A stretch of 64,000 nt of DNA from Candidatus Omnitrophota bacterium (GTDB taxonomy: Bacteria; Omnitrophota; Gorgyraeia; Zapsychrales; Fredricksoniimonadaceae). Below are positions 34,639 to 45,132 of the stretch, piece by piece. Within the stretch, counting starts at the first letter, position 1. The number at the start of each line of letters is the position of its first letter. The translations under genes were made by a program, and so were the position numbers. The stretch lies in contig CAILQW010000012.1 of the NCBI GenBank assembly GCA_903836515.1, positions 1,792 to 65,791 on the forward strand, in the 5' to 3' direction. A model generated the notes under the pieces. It was not told the origin of the DNA and searched no databases. It saw nothing but the letters and a program-made list of their open reading frames with translations.

Positions 34639-35751
34639 TTATTTGATAAAGGCCCTGAGCCTGTCGATCAGCCCGATGCGCTCAAAATCCACATAAAACA
34701 CGAACAGGGCCAGGATAACAATGAGCACAAAGCCCGCTTTCGTGACAAGGTCTTCCGTACGCACCGAAAGGGTCCGTCCGCGCAGTTTCTCCAGGCCCAA
34801 GAGCGCCAGATGCCCCCCGTCGAGCGGGATGAGGGGCAGCACATTGAACAGCGCCAGGCTCGCGCTGATCACCCCCACAATGTAGAGCAGGTAGGAAAAG
34901 CCGATGCCGGCCGCAAACTTGACAATGAAGAACATGCCGATCAAGCCCGTCATCCCCTCCTTCGCGGAACGTTGCCCTGTCACGATCTGCCAGAGCGCGG
35001 CATACGTCTTCAGCGTGACATCGCGCAATTCTCCGCCCGCCCGGGCAAAGGCCTCGACAAACCCGTATCGCCGGACCACCAGATGGTCCGCACGGTCAGG
35101 CATGCGGGGCTGGATGCCGATGCGCGCCGCCTCATGTTCCCGGCCAAAAAGATCGCGCGTCTTCTCCATCCGGGGCGACACCTTGAGCGTCACATCCTTC
35201 CCGGAACGCGACACAAGGATATCAAGCGCGCGTCCGCCGGAGGCCATGATCAGCTCCTGCATCTGGGCCCAGTTGGAGATCCTGCGCCCGTCAATGGAAA
35301 CAATCACATCATCGGTGATAAACCCCGCCTCCACCGCCGCGGAACCCGCCATCACCTTGCCCACTTTGGCGGGAACGGCCCTGGAAGAAGCATCAAGGTC
35401 AACAGCCCCGATCCAGAAAACGACCACAAAACACACATACGCCAGCAGATAGTTGACCGCGGGCCCCATCAGCACGATGAGCGCGCGATGCCCTGGAGAT
35501 TTTGAAAAATATTCATCCGCAGCGCCCTTGCAGGCAGAACGCTCATCCCCGGCCATCTTGACATACCCCCCCAGCGGAATGGCACACACCCGGTATTCGG
35601 TCGCCCCTTGCCGCCATCCCCACAGCCGCGGGCCGAAGCCAAAGGCGAACTCCTCAACCCGGACCCCTTTCCGGCGGGCCATCAAAAAATGCCCGGCCTC
35701 GTGGACAACGATCAAAAGCCCCAAAATAAATGCGAATATAAGAAACGTCAT
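34639..35751 (-). CDS. rseP: Site-2 protease RseP (zinc metalloprotease, PDZ)
   Basis: HEAGHFLMAR HExxH motif in TM1, PDZ, C-terminal LDGG motif. Confidence 0.85.
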   Translation of the reverse strand: MTFLIFAFILGLLIVVHEAGHFLMARRKGVRVEEFAFGFGPRLWGWRQGATEYRVCAIPLGGYVKMAGDERSACKGAADEYFSKSPGHRALIVLMGPAVNYLLAYVCFVVVFWIGAVDLDASSRAVPAKVGKVMAGSAAVEAGFITDDVIVSIDGRRISNWAQMQELIMASGGRALDILVSRSGKDVTLKVSPRMEKTRDLFGREHEAARIGIQPRMPDRADHLVVRRYGFVEAFARAGGELRDVTLKTYAALWQIVTGQRSAKEGMTGLIGMFFIVKFAAGIGFSYLLYIVGVISASLALFNVLPLIPLDGGHLALLGLEKLRGRTLSVRTEDLVTKAGFVLIVILALFVFYVDFERIGLIDRLRAFIK

Positions 35752-36902
35752 GAACGCCTTTCTATGTATTCGGCCGCCCGGGCACGCGCCAGGGCATCGG
35801 CCTTTACAATATCTTCAAGCGAGGGCTTGCGGATATTGCGGTGTTGTTCCAGGACCTTCTCAACCACGGCGTGGATCGCGGTAAAACGGATACGCCCCTG
35901 AAGGAATGCTGCCACCGCGACCTCATCGGCCGCGTTCAGCGCCGCCGGGGCCGTGCCCCCGCGCCGGGCGGCTTCATAGGCCAGGGCCAGCGAGGGAAAA
36001 CGCGCCAGATCCGGCACCGCAAATGTCAGGCGCCCCTGCGCCGCAAGGTCCAGCCGCTTTGTCCCCGTGGGGCAGCGCTGGGGATAGGTCAAGGCATACT
36101 GGATCGGCAGGCGCATGTCCGTCACACCCAGCTGGGCCAGGACCGCCCCGTCTGTAAACTCGACCATGGAATGGATGACTGCTTCCGGATGGACAAGGAC
36201 ATTGATCCGGCCCAAATCCACCCCAAAAAGCCGCTGGGCCTCAATGACCTCGAAACCCTTGTTCATGAGTGTGGCGGAATCCACGGTGATCTTGGGCCCC
36301 ATCTTCCAGCGGGGATGGGCCAGGATGTCTTTCACGCCAAAACGGTCATGCCGGGAACGCGGCACATCACGGAGCGGCCCGCCCGATGCGGTCAAATGAA
36401 TGCGGTATACATCCCGAAGATCCCGTCCCTCCAGGCACTGAAAGACCGCGCTTTGCTCGCTGTCCACGGGAATAACAACCGCTTTATGACGACGGGCCTC
36501 CTCCATGAGGATATCCCCGGCCATCACCAGCGCTTCCTTGTTCGCAGGCGCAATGATCTTGCCCGCCCTGGCCGCGGCCAGAAACGGGGCCAGCGCGGCA
36601 GCCCCGGTCACCGCAATCACAACAATATCAATATCCTTGCGGGCCACCAGTTCAGGCAGATCCCGGGCCGCATCGTAAAATCTGGTGCGGCTGTACCTGC
36701 CGGCAAGCGCAGCTATATGGCCGGCGGCCAGGGCCGCATACCGGGGAGAAAAGCGGCGGATCTGGGCCTCGATCACCGCAGCGCTGTTGAATGCCGTCAG
36801 CGCCGCCACTTCAAAACGGTCAGGATGATCCGCGATCACCTTAAGCGTATTAAGACCGATTGAGCCCGTAGAACCAAGAACTGCGACCCGTTTTCTTTTC
36901 AT
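35748..36902 (-). CDS. dxr: 1-deoxy-D-xylulose 5-phosphate reductoisomerase
   Basis: LGSTGSIG NADPH motif, 384 aa; dxr-cdsA-uppS-rseP neighbourhood. Confidence 0.9.
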   Translation of the reverse strand: MKRKRVAVLGSTGSIGLNTLKVIADHPDRFEVAALTAFNSAAVIEAQIRRFSPRYAALAAGHIAALAGRYSRTRFYDAARDLPELVARKDIDIVVIAVTGAAALAPFLAAARAGKIIAPANKEALVMAGDILMEEARRHKAVVIPVDSEQSAVFQCLEGRDLRDVYRIHLTASGGPLRDVPRSRHDRFGVKDILAHPRWKMGPKITVDSATLMNKGFEVIEAQRLFGVDLGRINVLVHPEAVIHSMVEFTDGAVLAQLGVTDMRLPIQYALTYPQRCPTGTKRLDLAAQGRLTFAVPDLARFPSLALAYEAARRGGTAPAALNAADEVAVAAFLQGRIRFTAIHAVVEKVLEQHRNIRKPSLEDIVKADALARARAAEYIERRS

Positions 36903-36909
36903 ATTCCTT

Positions 36910-37731
36910 TTAAAGATGGTTCAATATCGAACTCATGTAAAGATAAAAGGCCGGCGCCGAAAAAAGAAGGCTGTCGATCAAGTCCAGCACCCCCCCGATC
37001 CCGGGCAAAAGATTCCCGGAATCCTTCACATTGCAATCCCGCTTGATCATGGACTCCGACAAGTCCCCCAGCTGGCCCAACCCGCCGAAAAAACATCCGA
37101 TCAAGGCCACAAATCCTGTTGTGAAATACGGCTGATGCGGAAGCCATGACTGGCACACCACCGCGGCCACCGCGCTGCAGGCCAGCCCTCCCAGGGTCCC
37201 CTCCACCGACTTGTTGGGGCTGACCTGGGGCAAAAGAGGATGGCGCCCCAGCCACGTCCCGAACAACAGGGCCCCGATATCGCCCGCCTTGGCCACGGCC
37301 ACAATGAAAAGGACCAGTTTCGCACCGTCCATCCCCGGCAAAAGAAGATGGATCTTCACGATAAAACTGAAAAACCACGATACATACAACACCCCGAACA
37401 GGGTGGTGGAAAGGCCCAGGATGGCATTGCGGTTATCCTGGCGCTTGAATTGCAAAAGAAGCATGATCAAAAAACCGCACACGATCAGCAAGAGCTCCCA
37501 ATTCTTCGTCAGCTCAAAACGCGTGAAGATCGACAAAGGAATCAGGACACCGATAAAAATGCCGGTATAGCTGTAGATCGGGATATCTTTTTTCTTGATC
37601 AGGTAGAAGAACTCGTAGAGCCCTCCTGCCGTGAGAAAGCAAATCAAGGCAATGAAAAACCAGGCATTCCACGCGGCCAGCATCACAAGTCCGATGGCAA
37701 CGGCGCCGCTGACAAAACGCATCGGATTCAT
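36910..37731 (-). CDS. cdsA: Phosphatidate cytidylyltransferase
   Basis: Polytopic membrane protein; C-terminal SxxKRxxxxKDxxxxxPGHGGxxDRxD-like signature (SMIKRDCNVKDSGNLLPGIGGVLD). Confidence 0.85.
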   Translation of the reverse strand: MNPMRFVSGAVAIGLVMLAAWNAWFFIALICFLTAGGLYEFFYLIKKKDIPIYSYTGIFIGVLIPLSIFTRFELTKNWELLLIVCGFLIMLLLQFKRQDNRNAILGLSTTLFGVLYVSWFFSFIVKIHLLLPGMDGAKLVLFIVAVAKAGDIGALLFGTWLGRHPLLPQVSPNKSVEGTLGGLACSAVAAVVCQSWLPHQPYFTTGFVALIGCFFGGLGQLGDLSESMIKRDCNVKDSGNLLPGIGGVLDLIDSLLFSAPAFYLYMSSILNHL

Positions 37732-38486
37732 GTTATTCCTCCCTGCGCAAGGACACGGCCGTAACGGCGGTCCCTGCGGCTGAAATCATCGAGCGCCAGG
37801 CTGAATTCTTTCCCGGTAAATTCCGGCCAGTATTTTTCTGTAAAATAAAACTCCGCGTAAGAGAGCTGCCACAACAAAAAATTGCTGATGCGTTTCTCGC
37901 CCGAAGTCCGGATCAGAAGATCAGGGTCCGGAAGCCCCGCCGTGTAAAGGCGTGAGGAAAACAGGGCCTCATCCACTGCCTCAGGAGCAAGCTTCCCGTC
38001 GGCACAATCACGGGCAATGGCACGGACCGCATCCAGTATTTCCAGGCGGCCGCCGTAATTAAAGGCAATGTTAAGCACCATCCCCGGATTCCCCTGTGTG
38101 GCCGCAACTGCCCTGTCAAACGCCTCCAGGACGAACGGCGGCGCTCCCTCCCGCCGGCCGGAAACGCACATGCGGATGCTGTTGGCGCACAGGGACTGCA
38201 ATTTTTGTCCCAGGGCGGACACCAGCGTCTGCATCAGCATGGAAACTTCACCAGGATCGCGCCGCCAGTTCTCCGTCGAAAATGTATAAAGGGTAAGCAC
38301 CTTGACCCCTGCCGCCGAGGCCGCGTGCACAATTTCATCCACACGCTTGACGCCTTCCAGATGGCCCTGCGTGCGCGCAAAGCCGTGCTCCCTGGCCCAG
38401 CGCCCGTTGCCATCCATGATGATCGCCACATGCCGCGGTATTGTTGCCACGCTTCCCCCGCTAAAAAAAAATGGAGGATACATCAT
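37728..38486 (-). CDS. uppS: Isoprenyl transferase (undecaprenyl diphosphate synthase)
   Basis: HVAIIMDGNGRWA motif; cis-IPPS family. Confidence 0.9.
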   Translation of the reverse strand: MMYPPFFFSGGSVATIPRHVAIIMDGNGRWAREHGFARTQGHLEGVKRVDEIVHAASAAGVKVLTLYTFSTENWRRDPGEVSMLMQTLVSALGQKLQSLCANSIRMCVSGRREGAPPFVLEAFDRAVAATQGNPGMVLNIAFNYGGRLEILDAVRAIARDCADGKLAPEAVDEALFSSRLYTAGLPDPDLLIRTSGEKRISNFLLWQLSYAEFYFTEKYWPEFTGKEFSLALDDFSRRDRRYGRVLAQGGIT

Positions 38487-38547
38487 CCCCCATCACAACG
38501 CTTCGCCCCGTATCAGCCGTCCGGAAACGCTTCCGCTCAACCCTGCG

Positions 38548-39045
38548 CTATTTCTTGACCGACGCCATGGCTTCCGCCGCAGCCAGCTGCTGCTCGGCCT
38601 TGCGCTGGGCAAAGTCGGCACGGGCTTTTTCCTGCTGTGTCTCCTGCTGGGCGGCATGAAGGTCGTCCTCCATCGCTCGCAGCCTGGATTCGAGGGACGC
38701 TTTCTGAGCGATCGCTCCCTGGAGCTCCTTGTGCAAGTCGGTTTCCTGGGAGCGCCCCTGCCGCTCGGCCCGCTGGATATCCGCCTTGAGCGAGGTATTC
38801 TCGTCACGGGTCTTGTCGAGCGTTTCTTGAAGCCTGGCCAGCCTGACCTGGGTCGATTGCAGGTCCGCCTCGAGTTTCTTGACGCGGTACTCGCCCCGCT
38901 GCAATTCCTCTTCCGCGCTCATACGCCCGTAACGTTCCTGCTCCAGGAACCTTGTGATGTCCGTGTTCTCCCGGCCAAAATGGATCAACAGAAAGATGCT
39001 TCCCGCAGCCACGAGTAAAATAAGGAAAAGCAGGGCATTCTTCAA
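38548..39045 (-). CDS. Hypothetical membrane-anchored coiled-coil protein
   Basis: N-terminal TM segment, then Q/E/R-rich heptad sequence. Confidence 0.5.
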   Translation of the reverse strand: MKNALLFLILLVAAGSIFLLIHFGRENTDITRFLEQERYGRMSAEEELQRGEYRVKKLEADLQSTQVRLARLQETLDKTRDENTSLKADIQRAERQGRSQETDLHKELQGAIAQKASLESRLRAMEDDLHAAQQETQQEKARADFAQRKAEQQLAAAEAMASVKK

Positions 39046-39059
39046 ACGAAGATCCTCTT

Positions 39060-39677
39060 TTACTTGACGGAATCTTCCGCCGGTTTCTTGGTCACAGGCG
39101 GGATGATCACGATCTCCACGCGCCGGTTCCGCTGACGGCTGACCTTGTCATCATTGGATGCCACAGGATGATATTCCCCGTAACCGACCGCCGAAAGGCG
39201 CCGCGGGTCAAGCCCGCCCTTGTCCTCGAGCTCGTGCAGGACGCTGAGGGCGCGCGCGGAAGAAAGTTCCCAGTTGGATTTCCAGGCCGAATGCTTGATG
39301 GGATCGTTATCCGTATGACCTTCAATGGCGATCCCCAGATCCGGAACAACCGTCTGCACGACACCAGACACCTTCGCCAGTTTCTCCAATGCATCTTCCC
39401 TCAAGGAGGCCTTGCCGGAATCAAAGAGGACTTCCGCCACAAACGTGATCACCAGCCCCTTTTCGAGCATCTCGACCTTGACCTCTTTGTCCGAGATCTC
39501 CTTGGACAGCCTGTCCTCCAGTTCCTTGCGCGCCCGCTCGAGGCTGTTCAACTCGCTTTTCAGGCGCGATATCTTCTCGACGTCAACACGCCGGCCTTTC
39601 TGAAGAATAAGCGTACAGCCGTTAAGGGGCAGCATCAACAGCATGGCCAGCACGGCCGATATGTATTTCCTTGTCAT
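39060..39677 (-). CDS. OmpA/MotB-family peptidoglycan-binding lipoprotein
   Basis: Lipobox LNGC; coiled-coil spacer; OmpA_C motifs NWELSSARA and RRVEI. Confidence 0.75.
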   Translation of the reverse strand: MTRKYISAVLAMLLMLPLNGCTLILQKGRRVDVEKISRLKSELNSLERARKELEDRLSKEISDKEVKVEMLEKGLVITFVAEVLFDSGKASLREDALEKLAKVSGVVQTVVPDLGIAIEGHTDNDPIKHSAWKSNWELSSARALSVLHELEDKGGLDPRRLSAVGYGEYHPVASNDDKVSRQRNRRVEIVIIPPVTKKPAEDSVK

Positions 39678-39759
39678 GACCCCTCCTTGAATATCCCGAA
39701 TTTTAAATTAACACAGCCGATTTTCGGCGTCAAGCGGTTACCCCGTTTTAACACCAGGG

Positions 39760-41031
39760 TCAACGCACAATGATCTCGTCCCGTTCAGACCCGATGGAAA
39801 TGTACTTGATCGGGACCCCCACCAGATCCTCGATGCGCTCGATATACGCACGCGCCCGGGGCGGAAGTTTGCGGTAATCGCGGATACGGCCCAGGGGCGT
39901 CTGCCAGCCGGGCATTTCCACATAGACCGGCTTGGCCCCGCACAATACTTCATAATCGTGCGGGAAATCCTTGAAGATCTTGCCTTTATATTTATATGCC
40001 GTGCAAAGGCTGATGGTTTTCAATTCATCCAGCACATCGAGTTTCATGATCGCCAGCTCATCAAAGCCTCCCGTAACGGCGGCGTAACGCACCAGAACGC
40101 TGTCGAACCAGCCGCAACGGCGGGCCCTGCCCGTGGTCGCGCCGAATTCCTTGCCCTTGGTCCGGATCTCCTCCTCCATCCGGCGGTCGAACTCTGTCGG
40201 GAACGGCCCTTCGCCCACGCGGGTCGTGTACGCCTTGACCGCGGCAATGATCTTGTCGAGTTTCGTCGGCGCCACACCGCTGCCGCTGGCCACGCCGCCG
40301 ACCGTCGTATTGGAGGATGTGACGTAGGGGTACGTCCCGAAATCGATGTCCAGAAACGCCCCCTGTGCCCCCTCAAAAAGAACCGACTTCTTGCGGTCAA
40401 TGGCGTCGTTCACATAAAGGGCGGTGTCGCAAACGTAGGGCTTCAACCGGCGCGCATAGCCCATATATTCCTTGTAAATAGGATCAAAGGTAAACCCTTC
40501 CTGGCTGAAAACCTTCTTGAAATACTCGTTTTTTTCCGTCAGGTTATCCTGAAGCTTCGCCCGGAATACCCGCGGGTTCATGAGATCCACCATGCGAATA
40601 CCGCAGCGCGTCACCTTGTCCGCGTAGCAGGGCCCGATGCCGCGCCCGGTGGTGCCGATGCGATGCGCGCGTATTTTTTCACGCAACCCGTCCAGGATGC
40701 GGTGATACGGCATGACCACATGGCTGTTGACCGCGATCTTCAGCTGCTCAGGGGTGACCGTGATGCCGCGCTTTTTCAGACCGTCGATCTCTTCCAGCAG
40801 GGCTTTGGGGTCAACCACCACGCCGTTGCCAATGACACAGACCTTGCCGCGGCGCAGGATCGCTGAAGGCAACAGATGAAACACGTAATGCTCCTGCCCC
40901 ACAATGACCGTGTGGCCGGCGTTACTGCCGCCCTGATAACGGACCGTAACGTCCACATCCCTGGAAAGGATGTCAATGAGCTTGCCTTTACCCTCGTCTC
41001 CCCATTGAGCGCCCACAACAACGATATTCAT
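39760..41031 (-). CDS. purA: Adenylosuccinate synthetase
   Basis: QWGDEGKGK P-loop, GTTGRGIGP motif. The ORF-track extension upstream of ATG 41031 is rejected. Confidence 0.9.
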   Translation of the reverse strand: MNIVVVGAQWGDEGKGKLIDILSRDVDVTVRYQGGSNAGHTVIVGQEHYVFHLLPSAILRRGKVCVIGNGVVVDPKALLEEIDGLKKRGITVTPEQLKIAVNSHVVMPYHRILDGLREKIRAHRIGTTGRGIGPCYADKVTRCGIRMVDLMNPRVFRAKLQDNLTEKNEYFKKVFSQEGFTFDPIYKEYMGYARRLKPYVCDTALYVNDAIDRKKSVLFEGAQGAFLDIDFGTYPYVTSSNTTVGGVASGSGVAPTKLDKIIAAVKAYTTRVGEGPFPTEFDRRMEEEIRTKGKEFGATTGRARRCGWFDSVLVRYAAVTGGFDELAIMKLDVLDELKTISLCTAYKYKGKIFKDFPHDYEVLCGAKPVYVEMPGWQTPLGRIRDYRKLPPRARAYIERIEDLVGVPIKYISIGSERDEIIVR

Positions 41032-41045
41032 CAGGTATTCCTTTG

Positions 41046-41738
41046 CTAGAACCTGTTGTAGAAAAAATAAACCAGTGCACACCCCACCGCGGCATAACAC
41101 GCCGCCATGATGATCGACAGCAATGCCCTGCGTTCCTCGACAAAACGCCAGCGCCAGGTGCGAAGCCCGAAGAAGACAACCATGACGAACAGCGATGGCG
41201 CGTTGCGCAGGACCTCATACACCGCAAGCCCCGCCAGGGAAGTGAAAAATTTTCCGGGCACCAACAGCATGGAACCCTGCCATTGGGCCTGGCTTTCCGC
41301 CGGAAAGATATTGGCAATGGTCACAAGCCACGCCGCCGCCGCACTCCCCAGCAAGCCCGCCACCCCCGGACCGAGCCTGGCAGTTCCCATAAATCCCGCC
41401 AAGTCCCCCGCCTGCCCCCGGCGCAACAACAACCACGCGCGCCAGAACATACCTCCCAGCAGCAGGAACACCAGGCCCAGCACAAGATAACTGGCCGATG
41501 CGAACACGGTAAAGAACGGCCAGGACAAAACATAAAATACAGCCCCGGCCTGATAGACAATGCCCCAGCCCAAGAGCACAACAAGAAAGTTCCGGCTGTA
41601 CGCCAGGGCTTCCGCCCGCTGTCCGGCATGCCTGAACAACAGCAGTGACAAGGCCAGCACCCCCGCGGTCGCCAGATGGGTCGGCGTCAACGCGTCCTTG
41701 AAGCCGATGATCAAGAAAACAAAACCATCAAAACCCAT
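41046..41738 (-). CDS. Hypothetical polytopic membrane protein
   Basis: 6-7 hydrophobic helices; lies between serA and purA. Confidence 0.45.
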   Translation of the reverse strand: MGFDGFVFLIIGFKDALTPTHLATAGVLALSLLLFRHAGQRAEALAYSRNFLVVLLGWGIVYQAGAVFYVLSWPFFTVFASASYLVLGLVFLLLGGMFWRAWLLLRRGQAGDLAGFMGTARLGPGVAGLLGSAAAAWLVTIANIFPAESQAQWQGSMLLVPGKFFTSLAGLAVYEVLRNAPSLFVMVVFFGLRTWRWRFVEERRALLSIIMAACYAAVGCALVYFFYNRF

Positions 41739-41744
41739 CGCCGT

Positions 41745-43334
41745 CTAGACCTTCAGCATCTTGACGAACTGAATGCCGGCAACGGCCCTCAGCCCCTCAA
41801 TGACCGCGGCAGGCATTTCACCGTCCACGTTCACAACGCTCACCGCTGTGGCGCCTTCTTTTTCGCGCCCGAAGGTAATATAGGCGATATTGATGCCCGC
41901 GTTCCCCAGGGCTGTCCCCACCGCGCCCACAATGCCGGGAACATCCTTGTTGCGGATAAACAGGATATGGCCCGAGGGGACCGCCTCGACATAAACATTA
42001 TTCACCTTGACGATGCGCGGCTTCTTGTTGGCCGAAAGCACCCCCCAGACCTCGAGGGTCTCTTTATCCGTAACGATCTGAAGCTTGATACAGTTGCCAA
42101 ACTCCTGTTCGTTCTCGATGATCTCCGTGACCGCGATCCCGCGTTCCCGGGCGATGTCCATCGAGTTGATCGCGTTGATATTATCGACCAGGATCGGCTT
42201 GAGAACGCCGTGCACGATCGACATGGCAATGGGCATCATATTGTATTTGGGCAGGATGCCGCCGTAAACAGTGCGGATCTCCTTGATCCCGCCGCTGACC
42301 AGCTGTCCCGCGAATTTGCCGAGTTTGTCACCCAGATCGATATACGGCTCAAGCGCCTTGTAGGATTCCTCATCCAGGGACGGAAAGTTCGCCGCATTGC
42401 GGATCCCCTTGCCCAACAGCGCATCCCTGACCGTGTAGGCGATCTCGATGGCCACGTTCACCTGGGCTTCCGCCGTGGAGGCTCCCAGATGAGGCGTCAG
42501 GACACAGGCATCGAACTTAAGGAGCGGCTGGTCGGATGCAGGAGGCTCTTCATCATAAACATCCAGCGCAGCCCCGGCGATCCGTTTGGAGGCCAGCGCC
42601 TGGACCAGGGCCGCCTCTTCAATGATCCCGCCGCGCGCGCAATTGACAAGGCGCACGGTTTTCTTCATCATGTTGATCTCTTTTTCACCGATCATGCCCT
42701 TGGTCTCATCCGTCTTGGGGACATGGACCGTGATAAAATCCGAATTCCTGAAAAGATCCTCAAGGGTCGCCATCACGATCCCCCGCTTGGCCGCCATCTC
42801 CGCCGAAAGGAAAGGATCGTACGCCTTGATGGACATCCCGAAACCCTGCGCGAACTTCGCCACCGTCGAGCCGATACGGCCCAGGCCGATCACGCCCAGC
42901 GTCTTGCCGTAAAGCTCGACCCCCTGGAATTTACCGCGCTCCCACTTGCCAGCTTTCATGGAACTGTGGGCCTGGGGGATATTGCGGGCCAGCGCCATGA
43001 TGAGGCTGAAGGCATGCTCCGCCGTCGAGGTGGTATTGCCGCCGGGCGTGTTCATCGCGATAATGCCCTTTTTGGTCGCGGCCTTCAGATCCACGTTATC
43101 CAGCCCCACACCGGCCCGGCCAATGACCTTCAGGCGCGTGGCCGCCGCGATGACTTCTTCCGTAACCTGGGTGCCGGAGCGGACAATAAGGGCATCATAA
43201 CTGCCAATGGTCTCCCTGAGCTGTTCAGGTTTCAGGTCATAGCGGCAATCGACCTCGAAGGCATCCCCTTCCCTGAGGATCGTAAGCCCTTCTTCGGCAA
43301 GTTTATCGCTGACTAATATTTTCATCCTGCTCAT
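41745..43334 (-). CDS. serA: D-3-phosphoglycerate dehydrogenase (long form with ASB and ACT domains)
   Basis: GLGRIG NAD motif, 2-hydroxyacid dehydrogenase catalytic domain, 529 aa. Confidence 0.9.
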   Translation of the reverse strand: MSRMKILVSDKLAEEGLTILREGDAFEVDCRYDLKPEQLRETIGSYDALIVRSGTQVTEEVIAAATRLKVIGRAGVGLDNVDLKAATKKGIIAMNTPGGNTTSTAEHAFSLIMALARNIPQAHSSMKAGKWERGKFQGVELYGKTLGVIGLGRIGSTVAKFAQGFGMSIKAYDPFLSAEMAAKRGIVMATLEDLFRNSDFITVHVPKTDETKGMIGEKEINMMKKTVRLVNCARGGIIEEAALVQALASKRIAGAALDVYDEEPPASDQPLLKFDACVLTPHLGASTAEAQVNVAIEIAYTVRDALLGKGIRNAANFPSLDEESYKALEPYIDLGDKLGKFAGQLVSGGIKEIRTVYGGILPKYNMMPIAMSIVHGVLKPILVDNINAINSMDIARERGIAVTEIIENEQEFGNCIKLQIVTDKETLEVWGVLSANKKPRIVKVNNVYVEAVPSGHILFIRNKDVPGIVGAVGTALGNAGINIAYITFGREKEGATAVSVVNVDGEMPAAVIEGLRAVAGIQFVKMLKV

Positions 43335-43363
43335 ACAGCTCTCCTTGGAAGACCCCAGTTGGA

Positions 43364-44503
43364 TTAGGCGTTGAACACTTTCTGGGCTGCGGCAAGGCCG
43401 GAACCCAGTTCAAAACGGTGTCCGGCCTCTTTGAGAACCTTCTCAAGGCAAGCCAGCCCGGTCAGAATATCATACTCGTCCACCGCGCCCATATGGGCGA
43501 TGCGGACAACTTTACCGTCGAGATCTCCCTGGCCGCCCGCGAAAGTGATCCCGTGGACATCCCGCATGATCTTGACAAGCTTTTTGGGGTTGAGCGCTTC
43601 GGGGATAAGGATCGCGGTCAGGGCCCTCGAGCGGAACTGCGGCTGGGCATAAACCTTGAGTCCCATCGCTTCGGCCGCGGCCCACACCGCCTGCGCCATC
43701 TTCAAATAATAGGCCTGTTTCTTGTCGACACCTTCGGCCAGAAGCATCTTGACCGCCTCGTTCAACGCGATCACGATACCGATGGCGGGCGTGAAAGGGG
43801 TATCCGTGTCGGCGAGGGCTTTTCTGGCCCTGCGCAGATCGAAATAAAAACGCACATTGGATGAAGCCTCAAACATGGCAATAGCCCTGGCACTGGCGGC
43901 CACGATACCGACCCCCGGAGGCAGCATCAATCCCTTGTGGGAACCGGAACACACCACATCCACACCCCAGGCGTCCATGCTGATGGGCTCGGTGCCCAGC
44001 GCGCTCACCGCGTCCACCACCAGGGCTGTCGATGTCGCGCGGGTCACGGCCGCGATGGCCTTGAGATCGGGTGTCGCCGACGTTGATGTTTCGCACTGGG
44101 TGATAAAGATCGCCCTGGCATCCGGGTGCTGCGCCAAAACCGCTTTAACCTCATCAGGGGTGATGGTGCGTCCCCATTCGATCTTGAGTGTTACCGCGTT
44201 GAGCTTGTACGCCTTGGCCAGCGACGCCCAGCGTTCGCCGAATTTCCCGTACTCGACGGTAATAACCTTGTCGCCGGGAGAGGCGATGTTGGCCACCGCC
44301 GCTTCCATGGCCCCTGTGCCCGAAGATGCCAAAAGATAAACATCGCTCGCGGTGCCGATCAGTTTCTTCAGCCCTTCGAACACTTCCTTAAGGACCTGCT
44401 GGAACTGGGGCGTGCGGTGATGAATGATGGGCCTGCCCAGGACTTCACACAATTCGACAGGGACCTTGGAGGGCCCCGGGGTCAACAAAAGATTTCTTTT
44501 CAT
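43364..44503 (-). CDS. serC: Class V aminotransferase, probable phosphoserine aminotransferase (AGXT-like type)
   Basis: PLP-Lys motif SGSHKGL; class-V fold; sits next to serA. Confidence 0.7.
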   Translation of the reverse strand: MKRNLLLTPGPSKVPVELCEVLGRPIIHHRTPQFQQVLKEVFEGLKKLIGTASDVYLLASSGTGAMEAAVANIASPGDKVITVEYGKFGERWASLAKAYKLNAVTLKIEWGRTITPDEVKAVLAQHPDARAIFITQCETSTSATPDLKAIAAVTRATSTALVVDAVSALGTEPISMDAWGVDVVCSGSHKGLMLPPGVGIVAASARAIAMFEASSNVRFYFDLRRARKALADTDTPFTPAIGIVIALNEAVKMLLAEGVDKKQAYYLKMAQAVWAAAEAMGLKVYAQPQFRSRALTAILIPEALNPKKLVKIMRDVHGITFAGGQGDLDGKVVRIAHMGAVDEYDILTGLACLEKVLKEAGHRFELGSGLAAAQKVFNA

Positions 44504-44535
44504 ATGCCTTTCCTTTCCTGTATCACTCTCCCGCT

Positions 44536-45132
44536 TCAGCGCGCCACAGCGGGTACAACCTCATCGACAAGACCGTAGGCCTTGGCTTCCTGGGCCGACA
44601 TGAAAAAATCACGGTCGGAATCCTTCAAGATCTTCTCCAGCGGCTGTTTGGTGTGCCGGGCAATGATCTCGGAAAGGTTCTGTTTCATCCTCAATATCTC
44701 CTGCGCCTGGATGGAAATATCGCTTGCCGTCCCCTCGGCCCCGCCCCAGGGCTGATGGATCATGATGCGGGCATTGGGCAAGGCGTAACGGCGGCCCGTC
44801 GCGCCTGCGGTCAGAAGGACAGCTCCCATGCTGGCCGCCTGGCCGATGCAATAGGTGCAGACCTTCGGTTTGAGGAACTGAATGGTGTCATAGATCGCCA
44901 GCCCCGCTGTCACCGAACCGCCCGGAGAATTGATGTAAAGGCTGATGTCCTTGTCAGAATCGTCCGACTGCAGGAATAACAGCTGGGCCACGATCAGGTT
45001 GGAAACGACATCGTCGATGGCCGTTCCAAGAAAAATAATACGGTCTCTTAGCAGGCGGGAATAAATATCGTACGCGCGTTCGGCGTGCCCCGTGCTCTCA
45101 ACGACCATGGGAACCAATGTTGCTCGTGTCAT
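44536..45132 (-). CDS. clpP: ATP-dependent Clp protease proteolytic subunit
   Basis: GQAASMGA active-site Ser, His and Asp positions conserved. The ATG at 45132 overlaps the tig stop (ATGA). Confidence 0.9.
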   Translation of the reverse strand: MTRATLVPMVVESTGHAERAYDIYSRLLRDRIIFLGTAIDDVVSNLIVAQLLFLQSDDSDKDISLYINSPGGSVTAGLAIYDTIQFLKPKVCTYCIGQAASMGAVLLTAGATGRRYALPNARIMIHQPWGGAEGTASDISIQAQEILRMKQNLSEIIARHTKQPLEKILKDSDRDFFMSAQEAKAYGLVDEVVPAVAR